This document shows, in pieces, positions 46,462-64,000 of a stretch of DNA of 64,000 nucleotides (position 1 is its first letter; every line of letters begins with the position of its first letter). A program made the position numbers and the translations under genes. The DNA lies in NCBI RefSeq assembly GCF_009914755.1, contig NC_060948.1. One strand, given 5' to 3'. The notes beneath the pieces are model-generated. The model had not been told where the DNA came from. It was given only the letters and a program-made list of their open reading frames with translations, and did not search any database. Origin of the DNA: the human T2T-CHM13v2.0 reference genome, Homo sapiens.

Positions 46462-46590
46462 TTTTATTAAATTATAGACCGGGTCTCACTGTGTTGCCCA
46501 GGCTGGTCTTGAACCGCTGGCCTCAAGCAATCCTCCCACCTTGGCCTTTTCAAGGACTGGGATGGCAGGCATGAGCCACCATCCCTGGCC
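46462..46590 (-). mobile_element. FLAM / Alu monomer
   Basis: Single reverse left-arm monomer ending catccctggcc. Confidence 0.8.
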
Positions 46591-47173
46591 ACATTTCTTG
46601 GTCATAAGAACTATCTGTAGGAGAGAAGGAAGTAGAGAATGGAGCCAGGATGAAATGAACGAGGTGGGTTTTAGTCCCAGTCTGGCAAGTTGGATGACCT
46701 TGGGCATGTCATTAAAGTTCATGGTGCAAGTAAAGGTTAGTATTAATAACTCATCAAGTAGAAGTATGTGCAAGGGCCATTCAGACTTCAGTCTGATGCC
46801 TAGTCAGGAGAAGGCAGAGGAATGGGGAAGGCACCAACAAACCTAAGCCATTATCCCAAAGACGATGTCCAGGTGTGTCCACTTGAGACCTTTTTTTGTG
46901 TGTGGAACAAGACAATGTTACCCAGAGAGCTACCTCGGAAGTCATTTTCAGGGATGGATTTCATGCTGTGTGCAGGAATGCAGCCCCTTCCCCTCCATGC
47001 CGGCTCCCCTGTTTTCAGTGGGTATGAAGCTGATGTCTGCTCTTGTTCATATTTTCCGTGACATTCTAGTGCATTTCTGCCTACCTCTGCCACTCTTGAA
47101 AGCCTGGCCAAAGTGTGAAAGTGTCCCTCCTCCAGCCTGCCATCCACTTTGTTTTTGCGTTTAGAGACAGAAA

Positions 47174-47358
47174 CGCTGGGTGCAGTGGCTCACACCTATA
47201 ATCTCAGCGCCTTGGGAGGCTGAGGCAAGTGGATTGCTTGAGGACAGGAGTTTGAAACCAGCCTGGCCAACATGGCGAAACCCTGTCTCTACTGAAAATA
47301 TAAAAATTGGCCAGTTGTGGTGGCACTCACTTGTAGTCCCAACAATTTGGGGGGCTGA
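47174..47358 (+). mobile_element. 3'-truncated Alu
   Basis: Left arm plus ~45 nt of right arm; no tail. Confidence 0.9.
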
Positions 47359-47507
47359 CAGCATGCCCAGCTAATGTTTTTGATTTCTAGTAGGGACAAA
47401 GTCTTGCTATATTGACAAGGCTGGTCCTGAACTCCTGGCTCAAGTGATTCATTTGCCTCAGCCTCCCAAAGTGGTAGAATTACAGGTGTGAGCCACTGTA
47501 CCTGGCC
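47359..47507 (-). mobile_element. 3'-truncated Alu (left arm)
   Basis: catgcccagctaat...gagccactgtacctggcc directly abutting the plus-strand Alu. Confidence 0.9.
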
Positions 47508-47942
47508 AGTAGTGCTTTATTTTACATACTTTCATAGATGTGTTGTGATCAGACTACATTAGATAAATAGTTCTAAAAGTGGTCCATAATCTGTGAAGGT
47601 TCTAGGTTAAGTAAAAACATACTTAGTATCTACCTGCCAAATGATTATATATTATGTGATTAGTTCTCTCAATCTACAAGTTTTTCTTTCAAATTTAAAC
47701 TGTTTTTTCATTGGAATCAAAGAAGTAGCCTCAGAAGTAATGATTTTAGTTCATCATCCTAAAACTTAAAAGCCTAAAACCTTTGCTAAAAATATGAACT
47801 TTGGTTACTATTTTGGGTAGTTGTAGGCAGTACATGATCATAGCACCTATATGTGTGATATGTAAAAAATTCTAAAGTAATTGTCGACTGGTAGTATTAT
47901 TTCTCTAAAATTCACTCCTCTTATGGAAGAGAGATGTGGGGT

Positions 47943-48596
47943 TGTCACAAGGTGAACTCCAAAATTGAAGTTCAACCTGAGAGGCGACATGGGTTCTTGG
48001 CTTCATGCAGGAAGGAATTCTAGAGCAAGGCTACAGAGTAAAGTGAAAGCAAGTTTATTAAGAAAGTAAAGGAATAAAAGGGTGGCTGTGCCATAGGCAG
48101 AGCAATGGCATGGGCTGCTTGATTGAGTAAACTTATCGTTATTTCTAGATCATATGCTAAATAAGAGGTGGATATTTATGAGTTTTCTGGGTAAGGTGTG
48201 GGGAGTTCTGGAACTGAGAGTTCCTTCCCATTTTAGACCATATAGGGTAGTTTCTAGACCTTGTCACAGAATTTGTAAACTGTCATGGTGTTGGTGGGAG
48301 TGTCTTTTAGCATGCAAATACATTATAATTAGTGCATAATGAGCATGCAGACAACCAGTGGTTCCTTTCACTGCCATCTTGGTTTTGGTGGGTTTTGACT
48401 GGCTTCTTTACTGCATCCTGTTTCATCAGTGGGGTCTTTGTGACCTGTATCTTGTGAAACCAGTCCTGCCAACCTCCTGTCTCATCCTGTGACTAAGAAT
48501 GCCTAACCTCCTGGCAATGCAGCACAGCAAGTCTTGGCCACATTTTACCCAGCCCCTGTTAAAGATAGAGTCCTTTGGGTTCTAACATCTCTGGCA
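47943..48596 (-). mobile_element. MER41-family solo LTR
   Basis: Minus strand begins tgccagagatgttagaacc...aggggctgggtaaaatg; tttatt poly-A signal; TSD gggt/gggc. Confidence 0.85.
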
Positions 48597-49964
48597 GGGC
48601 TTCTGTCTTTTATGTATCTTTTTAATTGTTTGGAGAAATAGGAAGTTTTTTCTTCCATGCGAAGTGTGAGAGAAAGTGTGTCGTTGTTTTCTCCTGCATC
48701 ACTTTAGATTTTCTTGAAATCTTTTTTTTTTTTTTTTTTTAATGGTCGGAGTATTAGAAAGAAGTAGACTTTTGGCAAACTTAGCCTGCAAACATTTACT
48801 CAGATGATTGCATATAGGTTGTGTTGTCAGAGAGATTTCATGGAGGATTATTAAAAGAAAATGTTGGCTTTCATTAATAACATTTTCAGAAATGTCTTTA
48901 GATACTGCTGATTACTAGCTATTGGAAGTGAAGCAGGCATGCAATTAAATTAGAGCTTTAAATGAATTACATATACCGATGCTACACTTGGCAGCCAGAG
49001 ATTCTAGATTAAGAGCAAAACAAGTGTGTTATGCATTGCTTTGATTAGCATTCGAGAAATATACCTATTTTTGTAAGTGATATTTGTTTTGTGTATGGTA
49101 TTTGACTGTTCCACAAGCTGTCAGGACCTTGGCTATGTAGGATCATGGAGTTTTCAAAGGCCTGAGACTTTTTCTGCACTGATGTCTACAGTTGTGAAAA
49201 TGCACCTGTGTACTCATGTAGCAGCATATTTTTATAATGTATATTTTTAGCAGTGAGAGAAAACAAAAATCACACGCCTATTTTCAGACATTGTTAGCCA
49301 CACAGCATTTAACAGTTTCTTTATGGAATAAATGTTTGTTCCTTGAGTGAAATGATAAAGACTTACTTTGCCAGTGGCAGGAGTGCCATGTGTTCACTTC
49401 AGATGGTCTTGAGGAAGATTTAGGTCTAAGCATACTTATTAAATAACCACTAAATATTTTTGCCTTGAAGCAAAGTCAATATGCCATAAGTAACAAAATT
49501 AACTCTTTAAGGAACTCGCAAGTTATGTAAGTTGGATAAGTTTTTAAACAATGTTTCACTGCTACTAGAAAATTGGCTTTCTTTTGGTGTTGCTGTACTG
49601 GTAAAGAACTTGTTTTTGAACATGCTTTGGAGAGGTAAGCACTGTAAATTGGGACAGGCTCACATATGTCTTGGAAAAAAATTATTAAAGAGCTCAAAAT
49701 TTTTAAAATTAAAATAATTAAAAATGGATTGTTCATATGCAACATTATTGACTATAGAATCTAAAATATTGTCATAAGAAATATATGTTATTAATGAAAC
49801 TTATGTAAAACAAGAAGACACATTACTCCAAAGAAAATGGTCTGGGGATTGTTCATGGGCAGAGATTCAGCTACTTGCAAGGTAAGTCTTTGTCATTCCA
49901 CTCGAGAAACATCCAACAAACATTTATTCCATAAAGAAAATGTTAATTGTGTTTCAAACTTGAT

Positions 49965-50142
49965 GGCAGTTCTTTTCAAAGGTTAGTAAGCATCAGAATT
50001 TTCAGTAGAACTTGTTAAGAGAGATTTCTGAACTCTGATCCCAGAGACTCTCATCGTAGGTTGAGAAGAAGGCCCACGAATTTTCATTTGAAATAAACTC
50101 CAAGAGGTGCCCATAATACCAGTCACTGATCATACTTTGAGC
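49965..50142. mobile_element. MER5-like DNA transposon, degenerate
   Basis: cagttcttttcaaa...gcatcagaat...cttgttaa...aaactccaagaggtg...catactttgagcag. Confidence 0.55.
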
Positions 50143-51207
50143 AGTATTGTTATACAGAATTGACAGTTGGCACGGGGCAGTTAGTTTCATACATATCTTT
50201 GATTTAAAAAATTGGCAATGGATATCAAAAATAAGTTTTTTCATAGAGTCTTCCAGTGTGTATTCTAACTATAACTGTATTTTAAAATAAGGAGGTGCTT
50301 ACTAAAATATGGTGAAAAAGTAGTATTGGTACACTGTATATCCTGAATTCTACATTATATATGTCTGAAATTTAACTGGGAATTTCTACTGTAATTGGAA
50401 AATTTATCAACAATGAATATAAATAATGAAATTCATTATTATAAGAATGAACATATATTATAATGAAAATAATCATGAATGTATGAGAGCTAGGGCCTTG
50501 CCTATATTGGATGCTGACATTTGACTATACATGACCATTCATGTTTACAATTACAATTTGCATTAAATATAATTTTGACAATCAAATCTCCATGCAAATG
50601 AATGTAACATTTTTTTTTTCAACCATGAGGTATAGCTACTATCAATCGGGCACACACAGATATCCCATATGTACATACATGCTATATATACTTTATATAT
50701 TATGTGTGTATATATATTATATATACTATATATAGCTATATATTATTTGTGTATATAGTTCATTTATTCAACAATCTTAGTATTTATTATTACAGTCATT
50801 CTTCAAAAATGGAGTCTGGCTAGTATCATTGATTAATTAGAATGTATATAGTATTAAGTTATATGCATGTATGTTTAAGTAAACTTCATTTTCTGTTATG
50901 AAACTCTCATGTCAGAATCTAACAGATTTAGTCAATGTATTTTAATGGAGTGATTAAACTGGATGTATCCTAGTGCTGTTGGATTCACTGAGATAAGGAA
51001 CCAACTTAACAATACAAATGTGTACATACATATAGACATACATTTAATACAATGCATTTTCACTTTATCATTTGTAGAAGAGTGTACAAAAAAATAGCCC
51101 AATGCTGCCAATTTAAAAGAAATGTTATATTAAGTATTATGAGAAAAAATTTCCTTTGAAACAACAACCTTTAGAAGGTATTTCTTACTAAATAGAAAAT
51201 ATTTCTT

Positions 51208-51502
<295 letters not shown>

Positions 51503-52670
51503 GTAGGAGGAGAGGTTTCCTTCTTGCTGCTATATGGGCTTAAAGTTTATTTGTCTGCTTATTGAGACTTTTATATGTTATTTCAATTTTTTAGTAGACA
51601 TAGGGCTATTAACGTTTTCTATTTCTTTTTTAGTAGCATTTATAGCCTGAGGCTTTGTAGAAAGTGAACTGTTTGAAGCAAGTTATGACATTAATAAAAA
51701 TAAGTTAGTTCATATTGCCTAATTCACCTTTATTATTAGCATTTTGATGTTTATTAGGTCTGTAGTGATGAACATTTTTGCAATACTGACATCAATAAGT
51801 TATGTATTGTCTATTTTGTTCTTGATTCATCTGGATAGAATTTTGTCAATTTTAGTGCTCTTTTAAAAAATAACTTTTTCTTTTATTGCTTTTCTTTATT
51901 TTGGTCATTTTCTATGCTGTTGATTTTTGGTCTTTATTTATTTATTTTTTTTTACTTTTGCTTAATTTTGATGAGTTTGACCTTTATATACTATCTTATT
52001 GTAGGAACTTAGATAGTTGAGCTCTTATTTTCATTTCACATATAAGAACTTTATGCTATAAATTTTCCCCTATGCAAACCTACATTTTGTGTTATAGCAT
52101 GTTTTTGTTTTTACACAGGTAAAATTTCTAATTAGTTTTGTGATTCCATCTTTGAGTTTCACGTGAAAGTATGGTTTATTTTGTAAATATTTGAAGAATT
52201 TTAGAGATATCTTTCTATTGATTTCTGGTTATCTTTTATTAAGACAATACTTCAGATTTCTATCTTTTTGAATTTTTTCAGAATTGCTTTTTGGAACACA
52301 GTATATTTGGTCTTGAATGACTTCATACGTAATATAAACATGTTATAAATGTATACTTCCATTGTTTTTTACCTTCGTTTGTATTAGTGTCATAAATCAT
52401 TCTTCTACATTTGTTTCAAGCTCCACATCACATTTTTATCACTTGTGTTTTAAATTTGTCTTCTTTCAGAGATATAGAAACAAGAGAAGTCATCTTTTTA
52501 ATATAATCATGTATTTATTATTTCTCGAACTAACTATTCATTCTTTGTGTAGACCCCAGTGTTCATCTGTTATCATTTTCCTTTTGTTTTTAACATTTCT
52601 TGTAATTGGGGTAGCTGTTATGAATTCGCCTTCTGTATATCTGAGGTAGTCTTTAAGGCAGCTTCAGTTT

Positions 52671-52928
<258 letters not shown>

Positions 52929-53244
52929 ATCTTCAGGTTTTAAAGATATTTTGTGAGTATGAAATTTCAGGTTGATTTTTTTTTAAAAAAATAGTATTTT
53001 AAAGATATAGTTTCATTTTCTTCTGTCATGCATATTTTCTGAAAAATCTTTGACATTCTTATTCTTGTTTTACTGTTTATGAAGTGTCTTTTACTTTTCT
53101 ATCTGCTTTGAAGACTTTCTTTCTGTATCTGGCATATGAAGAATATGATTAAATATACTTTGATTGAATTATCTTTGTTTCTTCTGCTTAGGGGTAACTG
53201 AGATTTCTCTAACTATAGACATAACATTTTAAGCAAATTTTTAA

Positions 53245-53793
<549 letters not shown>

Positions 53794-54747
53794 TAAGTAA
53801 TCTTGTCTTCTATAGTGTCTAATATTTTAAAAATTCCATTTGGCATGTTTTTCATTTCTTCCTTTTTACGTTTGGAAGTTCTACACAGCTCTGTTCTGTA
53901 TCTTTCATTCCTTTCCTCCCTATGTCCATGTTTTCCTCTACATTATTGGGAATATGGAGCATATTTATAATAGCCTTTAAATGTCCTTTGCTGTTAATTT
54001 TATCATCTCTATAATGTCTCGTCCTGCTTCTGTAGATCTTGTTTTTCCCACTTTGTTTATGTGCCACAATTTCCTTCTTATTTGCACAGTGAATTACTTT
54101 TGGTTGGATCTCAAATTTTTGGGTTTTGAATTTTGCTATATCTTTCTAGAAAGCTTTAGACTTTGTTGTAGCATGTAATTAAGTTCCTTTTGAGATAATT
54201 TTTTTTTATTTTGAGGTTTCTTTCAAGTTTCTTAGGGTAAGATTAGAGTAACCTTTAGACTACGCCTAATTTATCCCATTACTAAAGTGATATCCTTCTG
54301 AGGATTCTAGCCAGCGCTTCATGAGTTGTGCATTCTCTCCACGTTGACTGTTTGAAATGTGGTTAGAATGGTTTCCTTTACTGATGTCTGGTTGTTCTTT
54401 CCTTAGACTTATGCAGTTTGAAGCCATGCACATTAAGGTCAGTATTCAGCTAAAAATGAAGAGGTCCCTCTGAACCTCTCCAGGTTTCTCTCTTCATGCA
54501 GTATCATCCTGCTTGATAGTCTACCCACAAGAGCTGGCCATCTCAGCCTCAATCTTTAGTCTATTTCTCCACAACTTGAAAATATGGCAGAACTATCTTG
54601 GGATCAGCCTTCCTTGCACTGTAGATTTGAAACTGCATCAAAATCATTCATTTTTTGGCAAAATTGAAATTCATCTCATTTGTGTCTTTTTAGGTTTTCT
54701 TGTCTTGTGCCAACTATTGTCCAATGTCTGAAGAAAGTGGCTGCATA

Positions 54748-55182
54748 CAAGAGGCCTTCAGAAAGTTCATGGAAAAATGTAATCAAAAGCTAAAAATAAA
54801 ACATATAAACTTTGTTTCCCCACATAAGCTCCATCAAGCTTTGATGTTACCAGCCAATTAGTCCATCCCTAAAAAACTGAGTGTTCTGGGAATTTAAACA
54901 TGTCGATGTAGGTTTTGAAAAATATCATTCACTGAAGAAAAATAGGTGCCCTTTAAAGATTCTTATAAGAACAGGAAACAAAAACAAGTCAGAAGGAGAG
55001 AAATCAGGACTGTAAGTTGGATGCCTAATGATTTCTCATTGAAATTCTGGCAAAATTTCTTCCCTTTGATGAGAGGAATGAGCAGGGGCATTATTGTGGT
55101 GGAAAAGGGCTCCCTCTTGAAGCTTCCTTGGGCATTTTTCTTCTAAAGCTTTGGCTAACTCTCTTAAAATACTCTCAAATAA
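54748..55182 (-). mobile_element. HSMAR2 mariner fragment (one TIR plus 3' part of transposase)
   Basis: ta + caagaggccttcagaaagttcatggaaaa resembles the HSMAR2 TIR; aaatcaggactgtaagttggatgcc is reverse of HPxYSPD. Confidence 0.8.
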
Positions 55183-55184
55183 CA

Positions 55185-55725
55185 TATATCCAATGTTCAC
55201 TTTTGTGCAAAGTTTTAGTATTAAAATGAGATGGAATTTGGCTCATTACATTGAAAGGTGAACTGTAAGACTATACAAAGTTTGTGCACAGCCTCTATAA
55301 GTTAACTGAAACTGACTTATGGTCTGCACTTGCTTATCAGAAAATAATCTTCGTAAGGCCAGTCTTCTGTCCAATTAGAGAGTTGTAGAGGTCTGAGTTG
55401 TAAACTAGAGTTACGATAGCTGCGATTGTTGACAAGTTCAGCTGTAGGAACTTAGAAATGTAACATGGCAACCAGGCCCTGAACCGTCTACCCATAGGTA
55501 ACTTGGGTTATTTAACCTTAGCGTACCTCTCAGTTGATAAAGGAACATCTATTTTGGTCTCTCAGGTCATACCCACTAGGTCCCAATAACACCTTCCTTC
55601 CAGTTGTGAGGGATAACAATGTCTCCAGAAATTATGTAATGTCCCCTGGGAACCAGTCCCTTAACTTTTGGAATTTGCAGTTTCCCTTACTTGTTCATAA
55701 TGAGGAAATGATGTTCCATTTGCAT
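55185..55725 (-). mobile_element. ERV1 (MER4-group-like) fragment
   Basis: Minus strand gagagaccaaaatagatgttcctttatcaactgag...aaggttaa resembles MER4-group sequence; identity uncertain. Confidence 0.45.
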
Positions 55726-55728
55726 TAG

Positions 55729-56083
55729 AGTATTAGTCTGTTTTCATACTGGTATAAAGAACTGCCCAAGACTGGATAATTTATGAAGAAAAGAGGTTTA
55801 ATTGACTCACAATTCAGCATGGCTGGGGAGGCCTACGGAAACTTACAACCATGGTGGAAGGCAAAGGGGAAGCAAGGCAGCAGGAAGGAGAAGTGCCAAG
55901 TGAAGGGGGAAGAGCCCTTATAAAACTGTCAGATCTGATAACTCAATATCATGAGAACGGCATGGGGGAAAGTGCCCCCATGATTCGGTTACCTCCACCT
56001 GGTCTCTCCCTTGACACATGGGGATTATGGGAACTACAATTCAAGATGAGACTTGGGTGGGAACTCAAAGCACAGCCATGTCA
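55729..56083 (-). mobile_element. THE1 (THE1D-like) MaLR solo LTR
   Basis: gtattagtctgttttcatact...cacagccatgtca; perfect 5-bp TSD attag. Confidence 0.9.
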
Positions 56084-57636
56084 ATTAGTTTGTATTTCAT
56101 TTTGTGATGATCCAACCAGTCCAATAGTGATATAATACAGTAGTGTATAAACAAAGAAATAAGAAATTTCAAGGAAGATCTCTAAGAAGGTAAAATATGA
56201 ATCACTTTTCTTTTTGTAACTTGGATGGATGTGATGAGTTTGTAGAATTTGACCATGTTTGTGAAATTATTTGAGATGGTAACCTATTTGAAACTGAATA
56301 ATATGAATCAAAGAGTAAACAAGTATATTTGACAACTTTATAATTTACTCCTCTTTAAAAGAAATTACTTATCTGAGGATTTTAGGCCATCTATAATTAA
56401 TTTATATGTATTCTCATTATTTCTTGTAAAATTTCTACAACTGTCTTTAAAAATTCTGATGCTAATAAAGGTGGCTAGCACTGATTGCACCTTTATATTG
56501 CACCTTTCTTATGTGCTAGTATCTGTGCTATGTGTTTTGGATGATGTATTTAAGGCTTAGGGTAATATTTTATCCTCCTTTTATATTTGAAGAAACTTAC
56601 ACTTGCAAAATTAATTTGGCCCCTAAATTATATAGCAGTTATCTTACGAATTTGTCATGCTCTGAAGGGGACGTGCTGTATTTGTTTCTGTTCCCTCTCA
56701 TTTGCTATTTCTGTTCTTTGTTTCTGTTCCATCTTTCTTCAGTTTTCCACATCACTTTTACCTCCTTAAATCATTTTCAGTATTTGTGACTCTTCTTTAA
56801 AGCTTTGTGTTTGTCTAATTATTTGTTGATCTCATGCTTATATCTGTAACTTCCCACATGTACCATTATTATAATGCAAACTAAACTGTTATATGATTTT
56901 TACCTGTTTGGTAGTAAATGTGTAAACTGTAAGCATAGTGGGTCATCATTTTCACAGTTTTATCTGTTCACCACTAGATTCCTAGTACCTAGTACCTAGA
57001 ATGCCAGTTTGGTCTATAACAATATACAAATGGTTCAGTGGGCTGAACATTGCATTGGCATTTTGATAATTACTACTAACAAATGCAGAAAGTAGGGGAG
57101 GGAAAGAAATCATAGTTTAACTAAAGTACCCAAACCATCCCTAATTCTCTGGGATTTGTGAACTTCTTGAACTATTATGTGCCTCATGATATTCTAGAAA
57201 TCTTTCAGTAAGATTCTGAAGTGTTGCTGACTCATACAAGTTGACACATTTGTTTTCAAAATAAATAGAAAAGCTAGGCCAAGAAGAAGGAAGCCAAGAT
57301 AAACATAAGTAAAGATTACGATAATTGAAAGAAGAGGGTATGTACTTGTAGAAAAGCGACTTCCCTAATATGCATGTTTCTGATTTTCTCCTAATTTTAT
57401 ATTATTCATGGCCAATGTCTATAATTTGCCTGGGAATCCAATTAATTGCAATCACATCTAACAAAATGGTATTTATAATTGGGTTTCCAAGCAAATTATA
57501 CTAACATTTCTGAGCATAAATTAGTAATATTTGAATGGATTTTTTTTTTTTAAATTTCATGCCTGCTTAGTGTTTAGATGCCTTCTTTGAAAGAGACACC
57601 TGGCCGTTTTGCTTACTTTTTTAAAAGTATACTATC

Positions 57637-57937
57637 TTTTTTTTTTTTTTTGAGGTGGAGTTTCATTCACTCTGTTGTCTGGGCTGGAGAGCAGTGCCAC
57701 AATTTTGGCTCACTGCAACCTCCATTTTCAGGTTGAAGCTATTATACTGCCTAAGCCTCCCCAGTAGCTGGGATTACAGGTGTGAGCCTCCACACGTGGC
57801 TAATTTTTTGTATTTTTAGTAGAGGCATGGTTTTGCTATGTTAGCCAGTTTGGTCACAAACTCCTGGCCTCAAGTGATCTGGCTGCCTTGACCTACCAAA
57901 GTGCTAGGATTACAGGCATGAGCCACCACACCCAGCC
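57637..57937 (-). mobile_element. Alu (AluJ/Sz-type)
   Basis: Full reverse dimer; TSD aagtatactat. Confidence 0.93.
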
Positions 57938-58792
57938 AAGTATACTATTTTGTTTTTAATAGAAACTATACATGCCCATTAAATATTAATAAAACAAACT
58001 GCACAGAAAAGTAAAACCAAACCATCACTCCAGATTTACCACATAGAAACAGCCATGGTTTACCAGGCAGGAAAGTGTTAACACAGCAAAGCCAAGACTG
58101 CAATCCTAATGCCTACTTAAATGGCTGGCAACAGGCCAGCTCCTGGAAGCTTTGTGCACACTAGTTTCAAATAAATGCTTAAAGTTTAATATTACTTGAA
58201 GGCAAGAGAAGACAAAGAACCCCCAAAATATTAGAAAAGATTATAAAAGACATTATAAGGTTGGAATTCTTACTCTTTGAATTCCATATTTGTTTTATTA
58301 TTTACTAATGTTCTAATATTAAGTTCATGATAAGTCACACACATATGTTTTCTCCACACTCTTTCCACCTATCAGTTTTTCTAACATATTATTGTTTTAA
58401 AATTCTTAATTTTATTACAGCAAATTCTCTCTCCTAGCCATCATTCTTATTTTATTTAATTTCAGTTTCATATTTATGTGTGTAGAAATGTGATTACTAA
58501 TTTTACTAATTCTTTTCCAATTTGTTTATTCTTTATTTTGTAAACGTAATTTTTTTTTCATTTATTTTCTTTCTTTTTTTTATTATTATTATGCTTTAAG
58601 TTTTAGGGTACATGTGCACAATGTGCAGGTTAGTTACATATGTATACATGTGCCATGCTGGTGTGCTGCATCCATTAACTCGTCATTTAGCATTAGGTAT
58701 ATCTCCTAATGCTATCCCTCCCCACTCCCCCCACCCCACAACAGTCCCCAGAGTGTGATGTTCCCCTTCCTGTGTCCATGTGTTCTCATTGT

Positions 58793-62620
<3,828 letters not shown>

Positions 62621-62683
62621 TATGATGTTAGCTGGTTATTTTACTCATTAGTTGATGCAGTTTCTTCCTAGTCTCGATGGCCT

Positions 62684-63697
62684 TTACATTTTGGCTTGAT
62701 TTTGTAGTGGCTGGTACCGGTTCCTTTCCATGTTTAGTGCTTCTTTCAGGAGCTCTTTTAGGGCAGGCCTGGTGGTGACAAAATCTCTCAGCATTTGCTT
62801 GTCTGTAAAGTATTTTATTTCTCCTTTACTTATGAAGCTTAGTTTGCCTGGATATGAAATTCTGGGATGACAATTCTTTTCTTTAGGAATGTCGAATATT
62901 GGCCCCCACTCTCTTCTGGCTTGTAGAGTTTCTGCTGAGAGATCCGCTGTTGGTCTGATGGGCTTCCCTTTGTGGGTAACCCGACCTTTCTCTCTGGCTG
63001 CCCTTAACATTTTTTCCTTCATTTCAACTTTGGTGAATCTGACAATTATGTGTCTTGGAGTTGCTCTTCTCGAGGAGTATCTTTGTGGCATTCTCTGTAT
63101 TTCCTGAATCTGAGTGTTGGCCTGCCTTGCTAGATTGGGGAAGTTCTCCTGGATAATGCCCTGCAGAGTGTTTTCCACCTCGGTTCCATTCTCCCTGTCA
63201 CTTTCAGGTACACCAAGCAGACATAGATTTGGTCTTTTCACATAGTCCCATATTTCTTGGAGGCTTTGTTCATTTCTTTTTATTCTTTTTTCTCTAAACT
63301 TCCCTTCTTGCTTCATTTCATTCATTTCATCTTCCATCACTGATACCCTTTCTTCCAGTTGATTGCATCAGCTCCTGAGGCTTCTGCATTCTTCACGTAG
63401 TTCTCGAGTCTTGGCTTTCAGCTCCATCAGCTCCTTTAAGCACTTCTCTCTATTGATTATTCTAGTTATACATTCATCTAGATTTTTTTCAAAATTTTCA
63501 ACTTCTTTGCCTTTGGTTTGAATTTCCTCCTGTGGATTGTAGTAGATTGATCGTCTGAAGCCTTCTTCTCTCAACTTATCAAAGTCATTCTCCATCCAGC
63601 TTTGTTCCGTTGCTGGTGAGGAACTGTGTTCCTTTGGAGGAGGAGAGGCACTCTGCTTTTTAGAGCTTCCAGTTTTTCTGCTCTGTTTTTTCCCCAT
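62684..63697 (-). pseudogene. L1 ORF1 interrupted by a stop codon
   Basis: MGKKQSRKTGSSKKQSASPPPKE... (63368-63697) and ...RYQPLQNQAKM (62684-63340) in the same frame. Confidence 0.93.
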
Positions 63698-64000
63698 CTT
63701 TGTGGTTTTATCTTCTTTTGGTCTTTGATGCTGGTGATGTGCAGATGGGTTTTTGGTGTGGATGTCCTTTCTGTTTGTTAGTTTTCCTTCTAACAGACAG
63801 GACCCTCAGCTGCAGGTCTGTTTGAGTTTGCTAGAGGTCCACTCCAGACCCTGTTTGCCTGGGTATCAGCAGCGGTGTCTGCAGAACAGAGAATTTTCAT
63901 GAACCGTGAATGCTGTTGTCTGATCGTTTCTCCGGAAGTTTTGTCCCAGAGGAGTACCCGGCTGTGTGAGGTGTCAGTCTGTCCCTATTAGGGGGTGCCT

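Noticed and set aside
49878-49887. Perfect splice donor aag|gtaagt
   Set aside because: No convincing nearby acceptor or open exon; expected by chance in 64 kb

Overview
Primate (human-like) non-coding genomic DNA, AT-rich and densely packed with interspersed repeats. I find no host protein-coding gene, RNA gene or CRISPR array. The recognisable ORFs are decayed LINE-1 ORF1/ORF2 fragments; the rest are Alu, LTR or simple-repeat artefacts. Main content: two long minus-strand L1s (an L1PA7-like copy at ~19.4-25.2 kb and an L1PA3-like copy from 58.6 kb running off the window), about 20 Alus or Alu pieces, about 14 solo LTRs or LTR fragments (MaLR, LTR17/HERV-W, two LTR12/ERV9, LTR13/HERV-K, MER41, MER67-like, others; many with readable target-site duplications), DNA transposon relics (MER20, MER58B, MER5A, MER3, HSMAR2) and old L1M/L2/MIR pieces. 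The most interesting area is 42.7-48.6 kb. There a minus-strand ERV1 LTR with a perfect NF-kB site and IRF-like repeats sits head-to-head with a CCAAT-rich LTR12, next to a MER41. This is a candidate LTR-derived regulatory module, and its function is inference only. Subfamily names come from recalled consensus sequences and need RepeatMasker/Dfam confirmation. I cannot support a claim of a genuinely new biological system here.
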